From Nitrolancea sp. (GTDB lineage Bacteria > Chloroflexota > Chloroflexia > Thermomicrobiales > Thermomicrobiaceae), in NCBI GenBank assembly GCA_035534015.1, contig DATLSP010000161.1, positions 1 to 34,517 of the forward strand: 34,517 bases of DNA, read 5' to 3'. The number at the start of each line of letters is the position of its first letter. The stretch's first letter is position 1. This document shows positions 28,287 to 34,517 of this stretch, one piece after another. Under the pieces are notes generated by a model. The model saw only the letters and a program-made list of their open reading frames with translations. It was not told where the DNA came from and did no database searches. The translations under genes and the position numbers were made by a program.

Positions 28287-30038
28287 CTAGTCGGCGACCG
28301 CCGCGAATTCTTCCTGATCTTTCAATTGCAGATCGTAAATTCTGGCGTAGGCACCGTGGCGTTTCAGCAACTCATTGTGCGTTCCGCGTTCTATGATCCG
28401 CCCCGCGTCCAAGACCAGGATCTCATCAGCACTCTTGAGCGACAACAGCCGATGGGCGATCACCAGTGTCGTGCGGCCGCGCATCGCCGACTGCAGCGCA
28501 AGCTGGATCTCGTATTCGGTTTCGGTATCGACGCTCGAGGTTGCGTCGTCGAGGATCAGGATCTTGGGATCGAGCACGAGCGCACGTGCAATCGCGACGC
28601 GCTGCTTCTGCCCGCCAGAGAGTGACACACCGCGCTCGCCGACAACCGTGTCGTAGCCATCTGGCAGCGATGCGATATGGTCGTGGATTCGGGCCGCCTT
28701 CGCCGCTGCGATGACCTGTTCGATGGTAGCGTCAGGGCGACCGTACGCGATGTTCTCACCGATCGACAACGAGAAGAGAAAGGTATCCTGGAGTACCATG
28801 CCGATCTGCTGCCGCAGCACGTTGAGATCCAACTGGCGAACGTCGATACCGTCGATCATTACTGAGCCCGATTTAACGTCGTAGAAACGTGGGATCAGTG
28901 CGGTGATCGTGCTTTTCCCCGAGCCGGTGCCGCCGATGAGCGCGACGCGCGAACCAGGCTCGGCGACGAATGAGATGTCGGCAAGCGCGTCTTCAGTTGT
29001 CTCGTCGTAGCGGAAGTTGACGTCACGAAATTCGACACGACCCTCGACCGAGCGCAGCTGGACCGGTTGCGCCGGGCTTTGGATCGTCGGTTTGGTATCC
29101 AGCACGCCAAAGATCCGTTCGCCGGAGGCGATGGCGCGCGCCGCGCTGTTGACGACCCAACCGAGCAAGCGAATTGGCTGGGACAGCATCGACAGATAGA
29201 GATAAAAGGCCGTGAGCCGGCCGAGAGTGAGGCTTCCCTGGATCACCTGACGTCCGCCGTACCAGAGGATCAATGTGATCCCCGCGCTGGAGAGAAGCGT
29301 CATTAGCGGGAAATAGAACGAGTACTGGCGGATCGTGACCATGTACGTCTCGTTGAGTTTCCAGAGTTCGCGATCGAACTTCTCGTTCTCGTCGTCCTCG
29401 CGCGCGAATGCGCGCACGACGCGAGCCCCGGCGAGATTCTCCTGCATGACGTTGGTCATCACACCGAACTGCTGCTGCACCGCGAGGAACTTCGGGCGGA
29501 TTGACTTGCCGAAATAGAGGGCGGTGAAAATAAGGATCGGCATCACGCTCATCGAAATCGCAGCGAGGCGCCAGTCGGTCGTCACCAAAATGGTGGTGAT
29601 CACGATCAACATGCCAAACGACTGCACGATCGAACGGAGCGACATCATCATGAAACGACGGATCGAGTTGACATCTTCCGTCGCACGCGACATCAACTGG
29701 CCCGATTGGGCGGTGTCGAAGAAGCTGAACGAGAGCAATTGCATATGCTGATAGAGCTTGTTGCGCACGTCGTATGAGACGCGCTCTGCCAGGTATTGAA
29801 AAATGTAGCTTCGTATATAGGTGAAGATGCCGAGTGTTGCCCCGACCACGACGATGGCTATCGACCCGATCGCGACGGCACGCGAATTGGGCCGGGTCAA
29901 GCCGCGATCGATGACGTATTCGACCAGGCGCGGCGTGAGTAACTGCATGCCGACGCTAATGGCCAGCGCCAGATACCCAATGGTCACACGCCATTTGTAG
30001 GGTCGCAAATATCCGAGAATTCGTATGAGTATTCGCAC
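28287..30038 (-). CDS. ABC exporter, fused permease/ATPase (first subunit of a heterodimer)
   Basis: 583 aa. Walker A 'GGTGSGKST', canonical signature 'LSGGQKQR', Walker B 'ILILDDATS' (Asp in place of the catalytic Glu), H-loop 'IAHRL'. GTG start at 30038. Confidence 0.92.
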   Translation of the reverse strand: MRILIRILGYLRPYKWRVTIGYLALAISVGMQLLTPRLVEYVIDRGLTRPNSRAVAIGSIAIVVVGATLGIFTYIRSYIFQYLAERVSYDVRNKLYQHMQLLSFSFFDTAQSGQLMSRATEDVNSIRRFMMMSLRSIVQSFGMLIVITTILVTTDWRLAAISMSVMPILIFTALYFGKSIRPKFLAVQQQFGVMTNVMQENLAGARVVRAFAREDDENEKFDRELWKLNETYMVTIRQYSFYFPLMTLLSSAGITLILWYGGRQVIQGSLTLGRLTAFYLYLSMLSQPIRLLGWVVNSAARAIASGERIFGVLDTKPTIQSPAQPVQLRSVEGRVEFRDVNFRYDETTEDALADISFVAEPGSRVALIGGTGSGKSTITALIPRFYDVKSGSVMIDGIDVRQLDLNVLRQQIGMVLQDTFLFSLSIGENIAYGRPDATIEQVIAAAKAARIHDHIASLPDGYDTVVGERGVSLSGGQKQRVAIARALVLDPKILILDDATSSVDTETEYEIQLALQSAMRGRTTLVIAHRLLSLKSADEILVLDAGRIIERGTHNELLKRHGAYARIYDLQLKDQEEFAAVAD

Positions 30039-30076
30039 GCGCTCTCCAATCGCCCCTATCCCAGTGCGATCCGCGA

Positions 30077-30085
30077 ACTATAGCA
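30077..30085 (-). promoter_or_regulatory. putative extended -10 element (TGcTATAGT) for the ABC operon
   Basis: Read on the minus strand: TGCTATAGT, 39 nt upstream of GTG 30038. Confidence 0.3.
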
Positions 30086-30187
30086 TGAAATCCCTCAATT
30101 GATTCACGAGTACTAAAGTAAGGCTTGTGCTGTCTCGTGTCCGAAGATTGCAGTACTGACAGAACCTGCCATTCCAGCAAACCCGAG

Positions 30188-30226
30188 TTGACCCGGACGT
30201 ACGCTCCGCGTAGAATAGGTACGTAC
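30188..30226 (+). promoter_or_regulatory. putative sigma70-type promoter of the HTH gene with palindromic ACGTAC elements
   Basis: TTGACC (30188-30193), N17, TAGAAT (30211-30216). ACGTACG (30197-30203) lies in the spacer, and the 8-bp palindrome GTACGTAC (30219-30226) lies at the expected transcription start. Confidence 0.45.
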
Positions 30227-30274
30227 AGTCGATGGGATAGGGATCGGCGTAACACTTCCGGAGAGGGTGAGGCC

Positions 30275-30805
30275 GTGGATGTCGACAAGTTGAATTATCA
30301 GGAAACGATCGATAACGCGTTGCGCTTGATTTATACGCAGCATCACCGTTTGATGTCGCGATTATTTCCTGACGCTGTCCAACCACTTTCAATTGAGCAA
30401 CTCCGCTCGGGCCCATTAGGCCGCGATCTTTCGCGCCTGGCAGCGCTTGCCCGTGGTGAGGTTCGCGAGGCCAAGGGTCGAGTCGTAGAAGCGATTGATT
30501 CAGTGCAGCAGATCCTGTTTTGGCCCCCGGGCGCGGAAGACTACACGGTGCCGCGAAGTTTCTGGGAAACCGATCTGGGACGCATGATCTCACTGGCGAA
30601 GTTCCGCGCATACGAGCCAGCCGATCTGGTCAGTATTGGCAATGCAGCACAGCAACTCGGTGTTACTCGCCCGACGATCTATCGCTGGATGGATGATCGT
30701 ACGCTCGGCTATGTCCGGGACGAGATGTCGGGTCGAACGTTCGTTGTGCGCCAAGACGTCGAGAATCTACGGCAAGAGGTCGCTGAATCGATGAACGAAG
30801 CATAA
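30275..30805 (+). CDS. DNA-binding protein with C-terminal HTH (excisionase/MerR-like HTH_17) and unknown N-terminal domain
   Basis: The preferred start is GTG 30275, after GGAGAGG (30260-30266). The part of the tracked ORF upstream of it contains the promoter and encodes a Cys/Arg-rich non-protein-like sequence. C-terminal HTH: 'VSIGNAAQQLGVTRPTIYRWMDDRTLGYV'. Confidence 0.7.
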   Translation: MDVDKLNYQETIDNALRLIYTQHHRLMSRLFPDAVQPLSIEQLRSGPLGRDLSRLAALARGEVREAKGRVVEAIDSVQQILFWPPGAEDYTVPRSFWETDLGRMISLAKFRAYEPADLVSIGNAAQQLGVTRPTIYRWMDDRTLGYVRDEMSGRTFVVRQDVENLRQEVAESMNEA

Positions 30806-30834
30806 CGCCTGGTTACTCCCGCGAACTTAAAATG

Positions 30835-30870
30835 ATCGACCGGCTCATTCGGGCCGGTCGATTTCGTTAT
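30835..30870. terminator. bidirectional intrinsic terminator
   Basis: A 10-bp perfect stem, ATCGACCGGC (30835-30844) / GCCGGTCGAT (30853-30862), has an 8-nt loop. It is followed by TTTCGTTAT on the plus strand and by CATTTTAAG on the minus strand. It lies between the convergent HTH and CBS genes. Confidence 0.6.
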
Positions 30871-30896
30871 GCGGACGTTATGCGGAATTGAAGCGA

Positions 30897-31391
30897 TCAG
30901 TCTTCCTCTGGGTGTGTACGTTCGTGAAGATCTTCGTCGGCGACCATGAGGCGCACGATATCGGCGCGAGCGACGATCCCGATCAGGTTACCCTCGAGAT
31001 CGGTCACCGGCAGCGCGTTGAGCCGCTTGTCGTACATCAGCGTCGCGACCTCAAGCACGGTCATCTCGGGAGTGACCGTGATCGCGGGAGACGTCATAAG
31101 ATCACGCGCGCTGATCGCGAGTATCTTCTTGAGTTGTTTCGCGTCGCCCGTGCCAGGGATATGGAAATACGCTTCCAGGAGCGAGATATACATTGGCGCG
31201 TCATATTCGGTCTCGCGTGTGATCAAATCGAAATCGGTGACCATACCGATGACCTTGCGTTCTTCCACGACCGGAAGACTGCTGATCTTATTCTCCCAGA
31301 GTAGTTTCGCGACCTCTTCAACCGGAGTCTCCGGACCGACGGTTTTCACATCTTTAGCCATGATCAGCGCGACACGTGAATCGATCGCCAC
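30897..31391 (-). CDS. CBS-domain pair protein
   Basis: 164 aa with two CBS repeats: 'IMAKDVKTVGPETPVEEVAKLLWENKISSLPVVEERKVIGMVTDFDLI' and 'ARDLMTSPAITVTPEMTVLEVATLMYDKRLNALPVTDLEGNLIGIVARADIV'. Confidence 0.85.
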   Translation of the reverse strand: MAIDSRVALIMAKDVKTVGPETPVEEVAKLLWENKISSLPVVEERKVIGMVTDFDLITRETEYDAPMYISLLEAYFHIPGTGDAKQLKKILAISARDLMTSPAITVTPEMTVLEVATLMYDKRLNALPVTDLEGNLIGIVARADIVRLMVADEDLHERTHPEED

Positions 31392-31398
31392 AGCTTAC

Positions 31399-32997
31399 CT
31401 ACCAATTTCTATCGTACAGCGCGCGAATTGACTGCGGAAGTGCCTCAATCACATCTCCCGCCACCAGGCTCAGCGTGCCGACACGCGATACGGCGAGATC
31501 GGCCGCCATCGAGCCGATGAAGACACCGGCCACCGCTGCATCCAAGGCGGAAAGACCCTGTGCCAGTAGTCCGGCAATGATGCCGGCCAGCACATCGCCG
31601 GTCCCCGCCGTCGCCAGGGCTGGTTGACAAGTTGGACCAAGCAACAGTGTCTTCCCTGGAGCCGCAACGACAGGGAATGCTTGCTTCAGTACAACGACCT
31701 GTTGAAACATTTCGGCAGCGGCACGAGCCGCATCCCATGGGTTCGCGATAATTTCTTCGGTCGATTTGCCGGTCAGACGGGCCAATTCGCCAGGGTGCGG
31801 GGTGAGGACCAACTCGGCGTCACGCACGGAATCTTGCCAGCGATCTTGTTTAGCCAACCAGTTCAATCCGTCGGCATCGACAACCGCGCGACCGGTAAAG
31901 CTCTCCGACGACGGCTGCGCCCTCAACGATCCGAAACCGATCGAACTCGATGTCGGTTGGAGTCCGAAGAGCCGTGACAGGAATTCCGGAACCGGATCAT
32001 CCTGTCCGAGACCAGGCCCAATCAGCATCGCGGCGAACTCCGGCAACCGATCCTTGACCAGTTTAGCCATGCGGTCACCAGCACCGCCAAACTCAGCGTC
32101 CGGTAGCGGCAGGAACGTCACCTCGCGTACCGCCGACGCGATCGGCGCGACGAGCGAACGTGGAACCGCCAGGCAAACCATACCAGCGCCGGCTCGCGCG
32201 GCAGCTTCCGCGGCCATGCGGGGAGCACCAAAATAGTTTGGGGCGCCGCCGATGACCATGAGCCACCCGACGTCATGCTTATGCGTATCCTGGTGTCGAC
32301 GTGGCAGGATCTGGCGCACCGATGCTTCGGTGATGAGATCCACGTCGTTTTTCGCCGATTTTGGGGCCTGCAGTCCGAGATCATGCAACTCGATGTCGCC
32401 GACGTAGCGCAGCGCAGGACTACGAAACAGCCCAATTTTAGGCAGGCCAACGGATATGGTGACATCTGCATGAAACGCACTTTCGGACGCCGCGCCGGTA
32501 TCAGCGTCGACCCCCGAAGGTACATCGACGGCCCAAAGCGGCGTCCCGCGCGCGATACGGTCCTCGCGAGCCCATTTGAACGCCTGTGCCACGTCGGCAG
32601 GAAGATCGATCTTACTGCCGATCCCAAAGACCGCGTCGACAATCAGATCGGCCTCAGAGATCGCTCGTTGCAGGTCGGTCATGTCGCTTATCCAACTGAG
32701 CGCAGCCTCAGCGGCTGCGGAAATTGGGGCATCGCCAATACCGTTCCGGTTGAATCCCCAGATCCGACAGTCCCAACCCTCGCTTGCCAGAATGGCGGCG
32801 GTTACAAGCCCGTCTCCACCATTATTGCCGGGACCGACGAGGAAGACCGCAGTGCCATGCTCAAATCCTGTGCTTTCCAATAGGCGTGCCGCAATTCCGG
32901 ATGCGGCGTGCTCCATCAAATCCGATACCGAACGTCCGGCCTTGATGGCACTTTGCTCGGCGGCACGAATCTCCTCAACGGTGCAAAGCTTGATCAC
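31399..32997 (-). CDS. nnr: bifunctional NAD(P)H-hydrate repair enzyme (epimerase / ADP-dependent dehydratase)
   Basis: The N-terminal YjeF_N motif is 'VGPGNNGGDGLV'. The C-terminal kinase-fold motifs are 'HKHDVGWLMVIGGAPNYFGAPRMAA' and 'TAGTGDVLAGIIAGLLAQG'. Confidence 0.92.
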   Translation of the reverse strand: MIKLCTVEEIRAAEQSAIKAGRSVSDLMEHAASGIAARLLESTGFEHGTAVFLVGPGNNGGDGLVTAAILASEGWDCRIWGFNRNGIGDAPISAAAEAALSWISDMTDLQRAISEADLIVDAVFGIGSKIDLPADVAQAFKWAREDRIARGTPLWAVDVPSGVDADTGAASESAFHADVTISVGLPKIGLFRSPALRYVGDIELHDLGLQAPKSAKNDVDLITEASVRQILPRRHQDTHKHDVGWLMVIGGAPNYFGAPRMAAEAAARAGAGMVCLAVPRSLVAPIASAVREVTFLPLPDAEFGGAGDRMAKLVKDRLPEFAAMLIGPGLGQDDPVPEFLSRLFGLQPTSSSIGFGSLRAQPSSESFTGRAVVDADGLNWLAKQDRWQDSVRDAELVLTPHPGELARLTGKSTEEIIANPWDAARAAAEMFQQVVVLKQAFPVVAAPGKTLLLGPTCQPALATAGTGDVLAGIIAGLLAQGLSALDAAVAGVFIGSMAADLAVSRVGTLSLVAGDVIEALPQSIRALYDRNW

Positions 32998-33002
32998 CGA
33001 AC

Positions 33003-33440
33003 TTACCCTTCATTTTTGGTCTGGAGTTTGGTGGCGACGACCATCGCGATGGCATCGGTACGGGAATGCGTGAGCGACACGCCGATATGGGTGAATCCCA
33101 ACAGGCTGGCACGACGCGCGGCGGTTTCGTGCAGTACGACGATTGGCTTCCCGCGACGATTCGAAACGATTTCAATGTCGCGCCAGCGAATCCCACGAAC
33201 TCCAGTTCCGAGCGCCTTCATCACAGCTTCTTTGGCGGCGAAGCGAGCCGCGAGCTCTGACGGCCGATTCCGGTAGCGCGCCGCTTCGCGTTCAGTATAA
33301 ACGCGACGCAAAAAGCGCTCTCCGAAACGATCAAGGGTCGCTTTTATGCGGTCGATCTCGATCGCATCGATGCCGACCTCAACCGGCCCGGCGGCCTCCG
33401 GGTCCCAGATTGGAGCATATTCATCGTCCGACTGAGGCAT
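33003..33440 (-). CDS. acpS: holo-[acyl-carrier-protein] synthase
   Basis: Motifs 'VGIDAIEIDRI', 'YTEREAARY...LAARFAAKEAVMKALG' and 'NRRGKPIVVL'. No GTG/ATG/TTG immediately precedes the conserved GID, so ATG 33440 is the likely start. That gives a ~20-aa N-terminal extension and a 20-nt overlap with ugd. Confidence 0.85.
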   Translation of the reverse strand: MPQSDDEYAPIWDPEAAGPVEVGIDAIEIDRIKATLDRFGERFLRRVYTEREAARYRNRPSELAARFAAKEAVMKALGTGVRGIRWRDIEIVSNRRGKPIVVLHETAARRASLLGFTHIGVSLTHSRTDAIAMVVATKLQTKNEG

Positions 33441-34517
33441 AGACGAATCCAAGTTCGCCAATCTCCTCCTGGTTGTAAATATTACGTCCATCCAGCAAAA
33501 CCGGTGTCCGCATGAGTTCTCGAACTCGCCGCAGATCAGCCTGTTTGAACTCATTCCATGGCGTCGTGATCAAAAGCGCGTCCGCACCTTCAACCGCGGC
33601 GTACGGATCGTCAGCATACTTGATCTCGGGCAGTTCGTAACGGGCGTTTTCAATCGCGGCGGGATCATACGCAGTCACTGCGGCGCCGCGCTGATGCAGG
33701 ATTCGGGCGATATCGAGGCCCGGCGACTCGCGAGTATCGTCCGTATCCTGTTTGAACGCAAGGCCCCACAACCCGACGCGCTTGCCGTGAAGTTCGCCGA
33801 TCAAATTCTGCAAGCGCCATACGAAACGGCGGCGCATGTCCCAGTTGATCTCGAGCACGGCGTGGAGCAGTTGTGGATGGCAACCGACCTCTTCCGCCAT
33901 AAATGCCAGCGCTTTGACATCCTTCGGGAAGCAGGATCCACCAAAACCGATACCGGCTTCGAGAAAGAGCGGACCAATACGCGGATCGTAGCCCATCCCT
34001 TGAGCGACCACGGTGACATCCGCGCCGACCTGTTCGCAAATCTGCGAGATTTCGTTGATAAAGCTGACGCGCGTTGCCAGAATTGCGTTCGAAGCATACT
34101 TAATCATCTCGGCGGTGCGCCGATCTGTCAGTACGATCGGCGATCCCTGGGTCCGATAGAGCTCAGCGACTCGTTCAGAGGCCGCCCGATCTTCCGCACC
34201 AAGCACGACGCGGCTCGGATGAAATACGTCGGCAACGGCGGAACCTTCGCGCAGAAATTCCGGATTACTCACGACGGCAAAGGTCGTTTCCGGCGACTTC
34301 GTCTCCTGAAGAATCGACGAAACGAGATCGCCCGACCCGATCGGCATGGTGCTTTTATTCACCACGATCGTGTGGCCCTGCATCGATCGCGCGATCATCT
34401 CAGAGGCCGAGCGCACCGCGCGCATATCGGCATCGCCATCGAACGACGACGGTGTGTTGACGCAGATGAATACAAACTCCGACTGCGGTACAGATTCTTC
34501 GTAACAGGTGGTGAAGT
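33421..34517 (-). CDS. ugd: UDP-glucose 6-dehydrogenase, 5' end outside window
   Basis: The frame stays open upstream of the tracked ATG (34425) to the window edge ('FTTCYEESVPQSEFVFICVNTPSSFDGDADM'). Motifs: 'NPEFLREGSAV', 'GFGGSCFPKDVKAL' and 'GLAFKQDTDDTRESP'. Confidence 0.88.
   Translation of the reverse strand, partial: FTTCYEESVPQSEFVFICVNTPSSFDGDADMRAVRSASEMIARSMQGHTIVVNKSTMPIGSGDLVSSILQETKSPETTFAVVSNPEFLREGSAVADVFHPSRVVLGAEDRAASERVAELYRTQGSPIVLTDRRTAEMIKYASNAILATRVSFINEISQICEQVGADVTVVAQGMGYDPRIGPLFLEAGIGFGGSCFPKDVKALAFMAEEVGCHPQLLHAVLEINWDMRRRFVWRLQNLIGELHGKRVGLWGLAFKQDTDDTRESPGLDIARILHQRGAAVTAYDPAAIENARYELPEIKYADDPYAAVEGADALLITTPWNEFKQADLRRVRELMRTPVLLDGRNIYNQEEIGELGFVYASVGR

Noticed and set aside
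30275-30805. The HTH_17 protein as a prophage excisionase, i.e. evidence of a mobile element.
   Set aside because: There is no integrase, recombinase, att-like repeat, tRNA or phage gene anywhere in the window. The flanking genes are chromosomal housekeeping types.

Overview
This is a 34.5-kb, gene-dense chromosomal window from a fairly high-GC bacterium (high-50s % by eye). I see no rRNA, tRNA, CRISPR array, transposase or integrase. The gene content (giant YYY-motif membrane proteins, a class-F-like sortase with a C-terminally anchored surface protein, a SEDS/bPBP pair, no outer-membrane genes) suggests a monoderm Chloroflexota-like organism; that is inference. I can support about 31 protein genes. 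On the plus strand: SEDS (5'-truncated), class B PBP, minimal zincin, an unknown membrane protein, gyrB and plsX. On the minus strand: HU, a TrmH-family methyltransferase, rplT, rpmI and infC (non-AUG start), then two translationally coupled giant YYY-motif (DUF2298/Chlor_Arch_YYY-like) membrane proteins. Next come a divergent Rab/Ras-like small GTPase and fmt (plus strand), a small membrane protein, and about 0.9 kb with no confident gene. These are followed by the class-F-like sortase and a DUF3494 ice-binding-like surface protein (minus strand). The plus strand then carries a membrane-fused spermidine-synthase-like protein, pgeF, yggS and an MBL hydrolase. A heterodimeric ABC exporter sits on the minus strand, followed by an HTH protein on the plus strand. 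The window ends with CBS, nnr, acpS and ugd on the minus strand (ugd 5'-truncated). The most interesting candidate for an undescribed system is the 6.7-kb YYY pair (three paralogous modules, function unknown, GT-C-like layout) transcribed divergently from a eukaryote-like small GTPase that is itself fused into an operon with fmt. Second is the sortase/DUF3494 pair, which has a non-canonical FPNTG sorting signal and a 72-bp in-frame duplication of the sortase 5' end. All family assignments come from motif recognition by eye; no database search was run.
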